From assembly GCF_009834535.1 (NCBI RefSeq), contig NC_045707.1:51152001-51216000 (forward strand): a stretch of DNA of 64,000 bases. Reading direction: 5' to 3'. Under the pieces are notes generated by a model, which saw only the letters and a program-made list of their open reading frames with translations, had not been told where the DNA came from and searched no databases. Of the stretch, positions 23,901 through 56,516 are shown piece by piece. The translations under genes and the position numbers were made by a program. Numbering within the stretch: the stretch's first letter is position 1; each line of letters opens with the position of its first letter. The DNA is from Camelus ferus (lineage: Eukaryota).

Positions 23901-26900
23901 TAAATCATGAAAAGCTTAAAAAAAAAAAAAGACCCACTAACCTTTTGAATTTTGTTTTGAATGTAGAAAATTTTTAAATCTTTTCTCAGCTACTTTGTTA
24001 GGTTTTCTATCCAGCCGAGCCCAAAGGTATGGCTGACCTAGAAAATAATAAAAGGAAAAAAAGTTTAAGGCAAACAGTAAAATTTATCTTGAAAGACATT
24101 TCGGTATAAAAGTTTTCAATACACAGTAGGGCTCATCTTTTCTAAAAGAAGCAACCCAGGAGACAAGGGAAAATGTGCGGTGTAACAGACACATCCTACC
24201 TAGCAGTACCTGATGCTGTAAGACTTCAGTCTTTGGTTCAAGAATGATGGGGATGAGATAAAAAGCAAATGTGACTCTTGTAAGGACATTCCACAGCCAT
24301 TCTTTATTAGTAACTAGCATTTATGAGAAGCTGAAGCTACCTCTATTCTCAATTGAAACATAACCAGAAAATTGTATTCACACCTTCCCTGAAAGCATCA
24401 CAGCTCTATGTTATGAGGGTTAATTCCCAAAACTGTGGAGTGAGGCTCAGTTGTTTTACATGGCTCTCACCCGGTCAAGGCACGGAACACTGATTAACAC
24501 TCTGCAGTCACGGATCTGAGACGTTCCGGGACAGTGAGCCAGCCAGCAGTCTTTATTGAGAACAGTGAGTCTAATGAGTTGCACCTGGTCTCAGTGAGGC
24601 TCCTGGAGGGCTCTCCTTGTTGAGGCCAGTTACTCAGCAGGAAGATGCCTTCCTGACCAGCAAAATATAAAAATCCCCAGCTGACACTCCATTTCAGATT
24701 CCCTGTTTCTGAGGTGCTCCCTGATTTGAGAAAGTGTGTCCTGCTACGATTTGGCAGGAAGGCAGGAGAGGAGTTGGAGGAGGACTATAGAAGTTTTTAC
24801 CCAGTCTCACCAGACTCTGCTATGAGATAGTCTCTGGTTGTGATGTACATCTTTGCTTTTAATGCCCTTGCTGTATTGTATTTCCTTTACCTGTAATGAA
24901 CTGTGGATTTGCAAGCATTGCCATTTGGGGTCCTGTAAGTTTAGCAATTCAATCTTGTTTAACTGTCTCCATTATACATAATTACACATAGTGATGCTCA
25001 TTTAAGTTTCTTACTATAAATACAAAAGTCTAAAAAAGTCCTTTATAATTTCTTCAAATATATAAATCAGGGGTTTCAAAAACTATTGATTACAGTTTGG
25101 TTTAGACATTCTATATTACATATTAGATATACCAATAAACAATATAAAGAACCAGATTAAAATTACAGTACCATTTCTGGTTGAATGGACCTTTTGTTCT
25201 TTTTACAAGTAAACATAAAAAATGCATTGTATTCACACTCATTAAAATGCCTACTATTAAAATAAAAACAAAATAAGTGTTGGTGAGAATGTGGAGAAAC
25301 TGGAAACTTTCTGCCCTCTTGGTAGGAATGTAAATGGTGCAGCTGCTATGGAAAACATATGACAGTTCCTCAAAAAGTCAAATAGAATTACTATATAATC
25401 CAGCAATTCCACTTTTGGATATAGGCCCAAAAGAACTGAAAGCAGAGACTCAAAGAGATATCTGTATACCATATTCATACCAACATTGTTCACAACAGAC
25501 GATAGGTGGAAGCATTTCAAATATACACTGATGGATGAATGGTATATACACACAAGTATGTGGTATATACAAACTTGCAGTATATACACACACTGAAATA
25601 CTATTCAGCCTTAAAAAGGAAATTCTGACATGTACTACAACATGGAAGAATCTTGAGGACAATATATAAATGAAGTAATAAGCCAATCACAAAAAGACAA
25701 ATACTGTATGACTCCACTTATATTTAGTACCTACGGTAGTCAAAATCCTAAAGACAAAGTAGAACGGCGGTTGCCAAGGGCTGGAAGAAGGGGGAATGGT
25801 GAGTTGTTCAATGGATATAGTTTTAGTTTTACAAGATGAAGAGAGTTCTGGAGATGGATGGTGTTGACAGCACAACAATGTGAACTACATACCACTGGAC
25901 CATACAGTTAAAAATGGTTAACATGGTAAATTTTATGTTATGTGTATTTTGCACAATTAAAAATTTTAAAATGCATTTCAGAAGAGATTTCTTGATATGA
26001 GGAATGTGTCCAATATGCATTTAACTGTTGTATTTCTCTTGTTGGAACTGAGAGGTAATTTCACTATCCAGAAAAAAAATCACAAAGATTATTACCCTCT
26101 TTTAATGCATTTTTTTCCTCAATATGGTTGACAACTTCTGAGTCTCTACCTCCTTTAAAGTACATTAAAATGAAATAAATTAGAGACGTTGCCAATAGTG
26201 ATAAAAACAGTGGAATCAGCACTGGGACTGGGGAGACAAGAACAAGCTTTAGGGTCAGACACAGCTAGGTCCTATCACCAGTTCAGCCCTTCATTAATTA
26301 TATGGACTTGGGCAAATTATTTATGCTCTCTGAGCTTTGGTCTCCACTTCTGTGAAATGGAGAGGCTTATTGTGCAAATTAGAGATAATATGTACAAAGA
26401 ATTTATCACACTGTCTGTTCTTAATGGGTATTAAGTAAACATCAGTTATCTTCCTTTCCTCCCCAAGAGAAAGATACTAGATAATAAATACGTATAACAT
26501 AACAATTGTGACTTTATTATTTTCCTATTATACTCAGGTTTCCAAGGGTTTATGAAAAGTAATGCTCCATTTCAGATATATATAGTTCAAGTGATCAATA
26601 AAAATAGTATTTGTAGTATAGTTTTATTTTACCTTTGTAGGTAGTAACATAACAACATGTTCCATCCACTTTTTCTGTTGGAATTGCACTGTATATATCT
26701 GCATCTAATGCCTTGTGACTTATAGTTTCAGTTGCCAAAACTTTAAATGGCTTAAAAAAGAGAGAGAGAAAACTGGTTTAAGATAAACAGCCTCTATGCC
26801 TTTGCACACACTCTCACCTGGGACGTTCTTAATTTCACAAGTTCTGAGGGACCTTCGAGACCATTTAAAAAATACTTCGGTGAAATTCTTACAAATCACC

Positions 26901-29810
26901 CCCTCCCCTTCTATGCTCTCACAGCAATACGTGTTTTCCCGCACAGGTTTGTAATTACAGTTGACTCTTAAACAACACACGTCGAACTGTGCGTTTGAAC
27001 CCACGTATGCGCACATTTTTTCCAACAGTAAATACTGCAGTACTACCATTCACAGTTGAATCCCAGATCGAGAACCACGGATACGGAGGAAAACTCAAAT
27101 GTAAGGGCAAGCCACAAGTTATACTAGGGTTTTTCTGGTATTGTTCATGGGCCAACTGTATTCACACGTTTCTTTACCCACTGCAATTAGCTTGACTCCA
27201 GGAACCATGTCCTACGCAGAGCTGCATCCCTAGTTCAAGTGTTCTGTGTGTTCAGTCGTTTACCTGACAATCATTGGCTAAATGACTCCTATGGGTGAAG
27301 AGTTGTCCTCAGCACTGGGATACAGGTGAACAAAACAGTACCTGCCCTTGGTAGAACTTTCATTTTAAGACAACAGTGACAAAATGCACAGTGCCCTGTT
27401 TGATATGATAAGTGCTAAGGAGAAAAACAAACGGGGACCCTCTTAGATTTACCAGTAGTAAATTGCGCATTTAATTTGTGGTTTTTCTACTGTCAGGAAG
27501 ACAAGCCAAAAGAGCACCAGAAATGGAAGAAAAGACAGTTTCTATGCTTCGTACCAATTTTTTATCTGTAATTTATTTTAATTTCTGAGGACTTATGCCA
27601 GTGTTTTACTGTCTAAAATATCTGAAGTAACATTCATCTTACATGATGTGAAAAACATTGCACAACATAAACATTATACTGGTGTAATAGGCTTAAGACT
27701 AATAAATGAAGTACTGTTTCAGAGTCAGGCAAACTTAGGAAATTAGCCCCATTCTGGTACTGATCCAGTACTTTTAAGATAAAACTGAATGGTTGGGGAT
27801 TCATCACTAACTTGTAACACTGGTATCAGAGGATATCAATTTGCCCTGTGGTGGCAGAACCAGGGTTTGGCCGGGTAGTGTTTATCAAAGATTCTAGGGA
27901 GGATTTACTCTGGAGTTCCCGAGGAGTACAAATGCCCCTTCCATAAGAACGAATTATCTACCCCTCTTTGCTACTGACACGTCCAAAGGGCAACCTAAGA
28001 TACCAAAGGGTACACAAAATTCTCCTCTACCTGTCACTGGAGACTTCAAACTATGACTGAAAAAAGAAGGCATGTGTGTTTAAAAAGAGAGTATGAAATG
28101 ACAGGTCCTCTACAATTTCTGGGCAGGGGAAATCACTGGATAACTAAGCTGAGCAAGATTCCATAGAGAAGGTCTGATATGAAGAATTTTAAATTCTGGT
28201 AGTGCTCTAGGCAGAGTGCGTAGCCTGAGCATGAACACAGAGATGACTATGTCTGGTATGTTCACGGGATGAAACAGACTTTGCTAGAACAGACTTCACT
28301 TAAGTAGGCACCTCAGTGACAAACGCACATTGCACTTTCCGCTGCAATGAGCACAGGAGCTTCCTGGCGGGTGCAACAGACACTCTAAGACTGGGACTAA
28401 TTCATGGGAATCCTTGAATTACACTTAAGAATTTGGATGCTACACTATAAACAATACTATAAGCTATTCTTAACTGCAGAGGGACAAGAGATGGGGCTTA
28501 TTTCTCCTGGTAGAGGGGGCTTTCATCAATTACTCCCTCTCCATCCCCAACATAGAAAGTTGAGAAGCACAGCTAGAGTGAAGCACTATTCAGGATGACA
28601 TTGTTTCATATGAATTGAGTTTGTTAGAGTTAAAAAAATAAAAGCTTGACAACTACTGCTACAGACATTTAGTAGTAACTGCGGGGTTGTGACCAGGAAA
28701 GAATGTAATGCCGATCATTCTGGGTGGCAATATAGTAAACAGGTAGTGCAATAACAGGGCATAAAATATTAAGGAATTATAACAGTGATGGCAGTAGATT
28801 CTTTTCTACTGTTATACGGTAAAAAGCGTTAAGGTAAAGGGAAAACTGGCATGAAATGACGCCAGGGTTCCTTTAATTCAATCAATATTTATCCAGTGCA
28901 TGTGACAGGTCCTAGAAACTGGGACTAGAGATAACAGGGTACTCTTGGCCTTAAAGGTCTTTTAGTCTGGAAGACATGAAGGCCAGTGTCAATGATGTTA
29001 AGGGGAGGTGAGGGTTGATGTCAACTGCACAAGCTGATTTTGTATGAGCTGGAAGCACCCAGATGCTAATGGGATTCTGCTATCAAGGACTTTGCCATAT
29101 ATTAAAGAATAATCCTGATACAGGATCATTCACCGGTATGTATTAAGGACCCTCTACGTGTAAAACACGGTGTTGAGAGAATAGAAAACCTTGAGATGAG
29201 AATATCAAAATTAGAATCAAGTAGGTAATTACACAAGGTCTGATCTTCAGTGACCCAACTAGGTTAGCTGTCAACACTGCCATGGGTTCCCAGGTTAGAA
29301 CAGGTGAAGCAAGTTTTCTAAAAACCTCCACTTAGTCACCACACTAGTAAAAAGTAGTAAAGCTTGTTTTGCAGTGATTACATGAATTCTTGAGGGGTTT
29401 TCCTCAAAAGATGGTAATGTGAGAAAAAAGGTACATTATTTAAGATACAGGTTTTCAATTTCCATGCAATGACCAGTTTGAATCGCCCGATTAGAAAAAC
29501 TGTCCCATATTCCCTCCCTTGCAACTCAGAAGGTACAAGAACCTGGAGCTCGAGGCGTAGGGACACCCGTCCCCTAGACGGCCCCAGCGAAACCTGCAGA
29601 AACCCCCGGCCTGCAGAGCGGCTCCAACGCGCCTGGGCGTCCGGCTGGGTTCAAACCCAGCCGGCGCCGCGGGGAGGAGCTCACGCGCGGCCGCCCCGCC
29701 GGCCCCGCGCTCCTCGGTACCTGATGCTCCCTTTTGGTGGAAGGCTCCTCTTTCACCTCTGTCACAAACACACACGGCATTTTCCTCTGCACAGAGCCCA
29801 GGCGCCTCAT
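17778..29810 (-). CDS. RLIG1: RLIG1 (C12orf29) 5'-3' RNA ligase, 7 coding exons, 325 aa
   Basis: Minus-strand exons 29810-29721, 26750-26633, 24037-23942, 23212-23096, 21406-21209, 19362-19193, 17966-17778 splice GT-AG into an intact [18 protein letters not shown]...IILSV*. Nucleotidyltransferase motif I KVDG with Lys57 (codon 26672-26670) and motif IV-like EGIVW. Confidence 0.96.
19193..19362 (-). CDS. RLIG1: RLIG1 exon 6
   Basis: [56 protein letters not shown]|gtaatg; 170 nt. Confidence 0.95.
19985..20890 (+). mobile_element. LINE-1 3' region(s)
   Basis: aagcaacctaagtgcccatcaacagatgaatggataaag...tgtacaccttaaacttatacagtg...caattatatctcaattaaactgg plus A tail. Confidence 0.8.
21209..21406 (-). 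CDS. RLIG1: RLIG1 exon 5
   Basis: [65 protein letters not shown] g|gtgagt; 198 nt. Confidence 0.95.
23096..23212 (-). CDS. RLIG1: RLIG1 exon 4
   Basis: [38 protein letters not shown] g|gtatta; 117 nt. Confidence 0.94.
23942..24037 (-). CDS. RLIG1: RLIG1 exon 3
   Basis: [31 protein letters not shown] g|gttagt; 96 nt. Confidence 0.94.
25240..25975 (+). mobile_element. LINE-1 (L1MB-like) ORF2 end and 3'UTR
   Basis: tgttggtgagaatgtggagaaactggaa...ccagcaattccact...taaattttatgttatgtgtatttt. Confidence 0.8.
26633..26750 (-). CDS. RLIG1: RLIG1 exon 2 (KxDG adenylation motif)
   Basis: [39 protein letters not shown] g|gtaaaa; 118 nt. Confidence 0.95.
26958..27158. mobile_element. Second Tigger2-type element
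   Basis: TA-CAGTTGACTCTTAAACAAC ... TTGTTCATGGGCCAACTG-TA. Confidence 0.7.
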
Positions 29811-30090
29811 GATGAGTCCGCAGGCAGGGGAGTGGAGAGAGTGCTCCGGGACAGCGCCGGACCCCGGCCAGGAGAGCGTCGACAGCAATCAACCGCGGCG
29901 CTCAACCCACGAACACGGCCGCAGCACTCCAGCGTCCCCCGGCACCGAGCGTGGGGCGGGGGTCACACGCTCGGAAGCGGCCTCCTGGTCGCGGCGCCTT
30001 CTGGGAGTTGTAGTGCGGAAGCCGAGGTACCTCCGTGTGCACTCCCGCGAGCGTCCCCCAGTTCTGATGCCCGTGAAAAACCAGAGATCC
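29540..30090. promoter_or_regulatory. CpG-island promoter of RLIG1, possibly bidirectional toward C12orf50
   Basis: The only strongly GC/CpG-rich stretch in the window. GC box GGGGCGGGG 29953-29961; ETS/GABP-type CGGAAG 29972-29977 and 30016-30021; ZNF143/THAP11-type ACTACAACTCCCAG on the minus strand at 30001-30014. Confidence 0.85.
29721..29810 (-). CDS. RLIG1: RLIG1 coding exon 1
   Basis: [30 protein letters not shown]|gtaccg; inside the CpG island. Confidence 0.95.
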
Positions 30091-31837
30091 GTTTCTGGTG
30101 TGTGTGTTTTAGCAGCCGATGATATTTATGAAAAATAAATAATATCAAGTTATAAGTAACGAATCATTTCAGGTGGCGAGTTAACACCATTCTGATGAAA
30201 CCGATCTGCCTGTTCCCCTTAATATGTTCCTGGGGGAAGAAGCACCAAGGAGCTTAGAAATATCCAGAGATATCCCAAGACGGAATGAAAACTAATTTCC
30301 CAGGAAAAAGTTAGAAAACGCTACAGTTAAAACACCTGGGGCAAAACAAAACAAAACTGCTTAGATTACGCCTCTTTGTGCGGCATAATGTGGTCAAAAT
30401 TGGTTCTGATGTGTTTTTTTTTCCAGACTGAGTGCAAAGTTTAGCCTTAGACCAATCCAAAACTACACGAATACCAACAACCAGACTTCAGTCTCAATGT
30501 TTTCATAGGAATCTCATTTACCTTAATTAAATATGAGCTCCAACAGAGTCCAAATGGCTTGAGTAGTTGTCCTCAATCAACTGCAGAGCTAAAAACAATT
30601 TTGATTATTGCTCAGAAGAATATTGGAGGGTAAGTAATAAGATAGTCAATGACTGAATAAAATAAATATTAAGTATTTATTAATAGTAGCCTTTATCTCA
30701 TTGAAGCTAGTAGTCCTCAGTAGGGGAATTTTGACTACTGCCATCTTTTATGTGCTTGGACAAGGCCCATGTCTCATTTCTATAACTGTCTTATCTGCAG
30801 GTATCAAACTGCCCAGTATTTTCCTGATTTAGCCCTCGGAAAAATGAACGACTATATCTCAGTTGGAAACATCTATGTATAAGGGAATTCCCAAAGAATA
30901 AAAAAGGCCTCAAAACAATTCACTGTTTTTTGATTGCTGGATTCAGAGGGGAGAGGGAAGAAGAGACTTGCCATTTCAAAGTATTTACTTTCTCTTCTGC
31001 TATCTTTGATTTTTTCATACAATAAATAAATTTGGGGATAGAGGGAGAAAATACGTGGTGTGAGATATTGAGACCAGAAATGACTTAGCATTTTATAACT
31101 AAATACCAATGTCTTTTTGTTCCTCCAGAGGAATCCTAAAAACCAGCTTGTTTCATGAGTCTCAAAGAAACAACAAATAACCCTCACAACTCTCAACTGT
31201 CATTTTCCAAACTGCCAAAGAATCTTTTAGGTCCAACATTCTGTCATTTCTGAGAAAAGATCATCTTCCAAAACATTTCACTTGCTGTTTGAATTGTAAC
31301 AGCAAAGCTAACCATTTGTTAGGAAGTACTCTTCATTTTCAGTGCTTTGATTTCATTAGTGCCTGGAGTAAAGACTCTGGCAGAAACAGGCAGTCCAAGG
31401 CGGGGAGAGCCACAGGACAAATTCTCAGTTACAGCCTGGACTCCCACTCAGATGGATAGCAGCCAGCAGCTTTGCCTGATTCTCGTTAAGTAGGAAGAGC
31501 CAGAAAGGAGTGACTATCAGCCCAGGTACTTAAAGTGGTGTCACAGGATTACACAAACTGGAAGAAAGACTGTTTTCTCTGATTGATGTTTTAGTGTTCT
31601 GGTGTGCACCAAAGATAAAAGATTCACTGCAAGTGTACCTTGGACAACACAAAAGACTTACACAATTTTCAGGCCTACCCCAAGCTGTGGAGGCAAACTT
31701 CCCATAACTCTTTTTTAACTCATTACAGGGAGTAAAAATCCTCATGGGTATGGTTATAGCTTTCCCTGAAAAACCAGAATGAATTTCACAACAGGAAAGA
31801 AGTGAAGAGAATAAGGAAGAGGGGTGGGGAGAAAGAA

Positions 31838-31875
<38 letters not shown>

Positions 31876-33625
31876 AGAAGGAAGAAAGGATGGAAGGAAG
31901 GAAAGAAAGAAAAAGAAAAGGAAAAGAGAGTTGAAATAAAAGAAGAAATTAGAGTTCCAGGTACTCTAAAGACAACTAAAATGGACAGCTCTATTTAAAT
32001 GACAACAACAACAAAAAATCCCGATGTAGGTTTGATGTGTTTTTGCTGTTTCTAATGGGACATAGTTGTTCAAAACTAACTTCAAGCATTTATTCAACCT
32101 TTCTCCTATGTAAAACATGAATTCTCACAATGGCGTTTAATCATGGTGTTAATGTAATCATGCAATAATGGTGTTTGGTAACAGTATTTGAAAACAGTCC
32201 AATGCGGCTAAAATTTCGTAGGTGGAGAGGGAGTTTATCTGGAGGCAAAGACCATTTAAAGATACTTCTCCCAGCAATCTGTGTGCTTAAGATGTGTACA
32301 TTGTTAGTCTAGAGTTAGAAGGTAGGGCAAAACAAAAATTGAGATGTAAGATTTTTCTATGTATCATTGCTAATACTTCCCAGAGTTTAGTCAGGTCTGT
32401 TCCCTACTTCATTTACTTCTAATGCTGTGTAGTTTTTATTTTCTCTTGTTTACAGTTATAGGTGAACAACTCTTTTCTAAATTCTAACTTATTGCCTAGA
32501 TTTTTATCCTAAAGTATTCAATTCAAAAAGTTCATACTAACTTAGTCTGTTTTACTTAACCAAAATGGGAATACATATCTCTTGATCTTTTAAATTTCCA
32601 ATTAAAAGTACACTGCCATTTATAAAATATATTTTGATCTACTGTAATATGTCATCTCTATGATATCTTCTAAATTACTTACTATAAATATTTTTATTAA
32701 TTTTTGCTAGGTTCTAGTTCTTTTAGTAAAGGTACTAAGATGAAGAAAGACCTCAGCAACTGCTGATTGAAATGTCTCAGTCTGGGAATCAGAGTACTTC
32801 ACTTTGCTTTCAACAAATTCTCAAAAATCTGCCAAGCATTCTGGAACTTTTTCGCTATATGAAGAAGCTGTTCCTCCTTTAATGATGGATGAAGAATGAA
32901 ATGGAATATAGCTACAAGATGAATAAGTAGTTCAATTTATTTTCAGGTACCTATTAAATATCACAATCTGAATGATTTTTTTTCCAAACCAGTGGATAGC
33001 GGTGAGTACATATTTAAATAATTTTATTTATTATCTTGAAATACAGATAGCATATTTACCTATTTTAAAATTTTAGTTTTGTTTCCAAATCATATAAAAA
33101 TAAGAGTTTAGAAAATAATTATTTACTTGTGAAATACTTAATACTTCCTAAGTATGAACTAGTTTACATTCCATGTTCAATCAGAATATTGAAGGATAAA
33201 ATGTACTGTTTTATTTTTACTAGCTTTTTCTGGTTAATACACTGGAATTGAGTAAGAGAAATACTGTGCAGTATTCACTAAAGTAAACTAGCCTACAGTT
33301 ACATGTGAGGTCATTTATGATGAGCAAACAATGGATTAGGTAATAATGAAAATTCTGGAAGCTTGAGTTTGTGTACTTACTAGCAACCACTTTCAACATT
33401 TCTGCAAAGCTAGAGAAGGTATCTTCTAATTTAAATTTCTTTAAGAATTATCTATTGTGTAATATACTGTCAACAGGAGGTCAGTTTTAAAGGAATACTA
33501 CTGATAGCCTGAAAGACTGTGGAAAAGAAATTCTTTTTTTCCCTTATACACTGATAGTTCATATATTTGCATTCCTGCAATTATTATATTAAAAAAACAT
33601 TGGACTAGCAGCAAGAGAGCTGAAA

Positions 33626-51977
<18,352 letters not shown>

Positions 51978-52249
51978 ACCTGGAGGTTGAGAGAAGAGAA
52001 AAATGAGAAAAGAGAAAAGTGCCAGACATCATCTGATTTACAATTCAAAAATGAAAATTCAAAGAATGAGATATTCAAGTACTCCATACTATATACTGGG
52101 TAGCCAAAGATGATAAAATGCAAATTCTGAAAATAAGATGCAGGAAGTACATTGTGCTCTTTCAAAACTGATAAAAATGCAAATTACAAACAGCTGCCTG
52201 TGTATTTATATAGGTCTGGAATTCATTTGATGCATTGCCACAAACATTT

Positions 52250-52255
52250 AATAAA
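52250..52255 (+). terminator. Likely C12orf50 polyadenylation signal
   Basis: AATAAA about 270 nt after the stop. Confidence 0.55.
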
Positions 52256-54044
52256 ATTTAAAAGTTTGACAATTAAAATCATTCTTTAATTGTAAACTAA
52301 GTTAGATTGCCAGATTGAGGAGTAAAGTTGTGCCTTTGATTTCTGTTTTGCGATATTCTTTAAGAAAACTCACATTTTCTTTTCTTACCTAGAGTTTAAG
52401 CTGGGCCCTCTGTGATAGTAACAGATAAAATGTAAACAAATTCAGTTAAGTCCCAGGGTTACAGTTTGGTGATGAGTATGTTAGAAGAATTCTAATAGAA
52501 ATATACTTTGATGTGTTATAGGAAGAGACAAAGATTAGTTTATTATTCAGGGCAGTTGCTGAACAACGTCTTTTAATTGGCAACTATGAAATCTATCTGC
52601 TGAGATGTGCTACATTCAAAACTGAAAAATAAACATTTTCCTACCATGAAAACAAAAATTATACAATCATACTGGAGAAAAAGGAGTTGTAAAAGGAAAA
52701 AGAATGAATTAATAACATGGCATCCAAAAATCTTAGGGAGCTTTTAAGGCTTCAGTAACTCCAGATACAGTATAAATGCTTACAAATGTAAGAGAGGCAT
52801 CATTTGAAAACTTATTTCCATTTCTTTTGTGCTTATTTAGAATTCTGAATCTTGAAAAACAAATTTTTATTTAATCAAAAATTCTCATCTGCAGGGTGAC
52901 TAAAACAAAAACTTAATATTTAAAATATATTCTTCAAACTTAAAAAACAAGTATAGGAACAATATAAGTACTTAATATTTCAAATGATGTTTTTGTAAGT
53001 TTGTAACATTTATAGTTCTGACTTTATTAAGGCTCAGAACTTCACTAAGACTTTAGGATACCCTGTATTTATATTTGCATGTGTCTTGTGGTTATTGGTA
53101 GCCTCTTGTTCAATGTTTATTGGGGAAGGGAGGGAATCAGGGTTCTTAGAAATATTTTATTTTAAAACATTTTATATGACGTGATTCCAGCTTGTGGAGA
53201 GGTAAACCCTAATTTCTGGCTTCTAACGGTGCTCTATCTGCACACTTTCAAAAACATGAGGATATAGTCATTTTTTTTTCTTATAAATAGCAGATTGAAG
53301 TGAATACTGTGCCAGGAAAATATCTTGGTAAGATAGATTTGAGAGGAATGTAGGAAAAGAGCTGAGTTGAAAAGCTGTCTAGATGGAGGCTGATAGGAAA
53401 CATCCTATAATTCCATTTAACAAACAGATCTATGTCCTTCCAAAGCTTTTCAATTTTCAACTAGTGATGCAGAAGGAAGGATTCAAAGAAGGAAATTCAA
53501 GCTTTCTTTCTGGAAGTACAGATTCTCAGTATATATATCTTCATTGCATGCCAAATACTGAAGAATCAGTGAGGAATGAGAAAAATCTGAAGGAAGGCTT
53601 GAGTGTGATTGATTCTTCTGAATGTGTACATGTATAATTCTTGAATAAATGGACATTTTATTTTGATAAGTTATATATCTAAAAGGACCAAGTAAAATGA
53701 TGGCATTAACCAACCTTGTTTTATGTTTGTGATTTAGGGAAAAGCCAGTTGGTTTAAATGGGGATAAACTAGTAACCAAGAAGGAATAAGATAATAAATC
53801 CCCAAATAAGAAAAGATAGGGTATGACAAAATAAGTGGACAACCAAACATTTGGAAGCCAGCAAGAAGCAATGCTTACTGACTCCAAAACATACAAGTAG
53901 TGCATTTAAGCTTAAATTCCACAATGCCATTGGTGGACAGTTGCTTTTCTGACACATACAAAAGCTTTCAATGAATTTCACTGATGTTCTATGGTTCTAC
54001 TCTTTTCAAAGTGTGGCAGTAATAAAAATGGTAATAAAAATAGC

Positions 54045-54430
54045 ATATATTAATTTGCTGGGGCTGCCATAATAAAGGACCACAAATTGAGTGGCTCAGA
54101 CAACAGAAATTCATTGTCTTACAGGTCTGGAGGCTAGAAGTCTGAAATTAAGGTTTAGTAGGGCTGGTTCCTTCTGAAGGATCTGTTCTAGGCCTGTCTC
54201 CTTGGCTTGGAGATCACTGTCTTCTCATGTTTCTTCACGTCATCTTCCCTTTATCTGTGTTTCTGTGTTCAAACTTCTTCTTTTATAAGGACACAGTCAC
54301 ATTGCATTAGGGCCCATCCTAATGACCTCATTTTAACTGGATTACCTCTGTAAAGATCTTATATCCAAAGTCGCATTCTAATGTTTTGGGAGTTAGAACT
54401 TCAACATATGGATTTGTGAGGGGACACACA
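54045..54430. mobile_element. MaLR LTR (MLT1-type)
   Basis: gctgccataataaaggaccacaaattgagtggc...ggaggctagaagtctgaaat...caacatatggattt...ggggacaca. Confidence 0.75.
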
Positions 54431-55785
54431 AAGGTGTCTCCCGGACCCTTCCAAGGTGAGTGAGTAGATCTTAAATGACAAATTCATTATAACACTCCAG
54501 TCTCCCTAAGCTTTTGAATCCCTTCCTCCACAATAAACCAAGGAAGGTCTGGCATTTTTAGCTTGCTTACTCTGGGCTTCCTTTTAGTCCATATTTAAAA
54601 TAACCAACCAACCAACCAACCAACCAAACTATTAGAACCCTTTCTAACTCCCTAGGCTGCAACTAGGTCCAGAATCTCTGCTTAGTGGGTCCCTTATCAA
54701 CAAATTCTGCTTGATCTAAATTTATGTTCCTTCCATAATTACTCCACATCTTTAATATCCATCGCCACACATATTCCCTGGACTTTTGTCTGTATGAGTT
54801 AGAAAGCTCAAGTAGTAGCTTTGAAGGGTGGTATACTGCCTCATGGGTCACACATTGTACCTTTGAGAGCCTGCTGGAACTTGAGTCTAGTTATAGGTCT
54901 AGTAGCAAACAGGGTAGTGGAGGTGGATCCTGAGGGAATCAGCATGTTTTGCATGGCAGCTGCCTTAGGGTTAATCTCAGATGGGGATGTAAAGGCCGCT
55001 TCTACTGGGGGTGGAGACACTTGATCTACTGGCAAAGAAGACTCATCAGAGTTTAGGGGCTTAATGTCCCCAGCTTCATCAGAGTCTTCCTATGTGTCTC
55101 TATTTCAACTTTCGGGATGACGTTCCTCCCTAGTCGATGCTATCACTTTAACAGTAAATACTCCATGGGACTGGGAATTCAGCTTGCATTGTAATTCAGT
55201 CACTCTGGGATGAAATTTTCGGTTTGTTTTTCAGCACTCTCAACCCTGTGGCTATGGGAGAGAAAGGGTCTTTATTCAGGAAAGGCATTAGAAGCTTTCA
55301 GGTAATTTATGTGAGGTATGAGCTAGGAATTTGTCAGCATAAAGAAAAACACCCATGAGAGTTGTGAGTTTAAGTTTTACTCAAGGGTCTTACTGAGAAC
55401 TGCAGCCAGGGAGATAGTTCCTCAGTAGCTCTGAGTAAACTGCTCCAAAGAAGTAGGGGAGAAGCCAGTATTCATATATATATGAATTTTTCAGCTACAG
55501 AAAAATATGTAGTCAAGCGCATATGTTAGTAAGAGATTACTGTCAACAGGTATCTCATGTTAATGATTTCAGTGATTTTCTAGGTATGGGAAGATGCAAG
55601 AATCTAGGATTATTGAAGTTCCTTCTGAGATATGCATCTAACTATCTAGGGGCCTGTTTATTAAAAGCACAGAATGTCTCATCGTGTTTTATCCATCCTG
55701 AATTCCACTCAGGGCATGCACTGTCTGTGGGTAACTAGCGTGAGGGGTGATTTAATCCTTTGTATAACTGCATGGTGAGTAGTAC

Positions 55786-56086
<301 letters not shown>

Positions 56087-56474
56087 ACAAATTCAAATTC
56101 CTGAGCTCATTTTTTCTTTTTTTCATTTTTGTTCAGTGACATTAGGAGCAACCACCCAATCTCATCATATTTGTTAGACAAAAATGCTCGAAAGTATCAT
56201 ATACATGGTCATCTAGATGCTTGTTTCTTAGTGTTTGATTATGAGTATCCAATAGTGATATTTTGTGTATTTCTATTGCCACAACATGCCATGAACAATC
56301 AGTGCTCTGCTACTGGAAATGAGAGTCATCATGTCTTTAAATCTAATCATATTAGAGATCCAAGGCCAGAAATTCCAGACCCAATTCAGAAAACTCATTC
56401 TTAAGTTATGCTCCCATAAAGCCACTCTCAGTACCAAAATTTGTATTAGGGTTCTCCAGAGAAATCTAACTAAT

Positions 56475-56477
<3 letters not shown>

Positions 56478-56513
<36 letters not shown>
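56478..56513. repeat. (GT)n microsatellite
   Basis: Direct reading. Confidence 0.95.

Positions 56514-56516
<3 letters not shown>

Noticed and set aside
29811..29888. In-frame 26-codon extension upstream of the RLIG1 ATG
   Set aside because: It starts at TTG in GC-rich DNA where stops are rare; there is no other support.
29469..30148. Several overlapping ORFs up to 217 aa
   Set aside because: By-products of the GC-rich CpG island; only RLIG1 exon 1 has splice and homology support.
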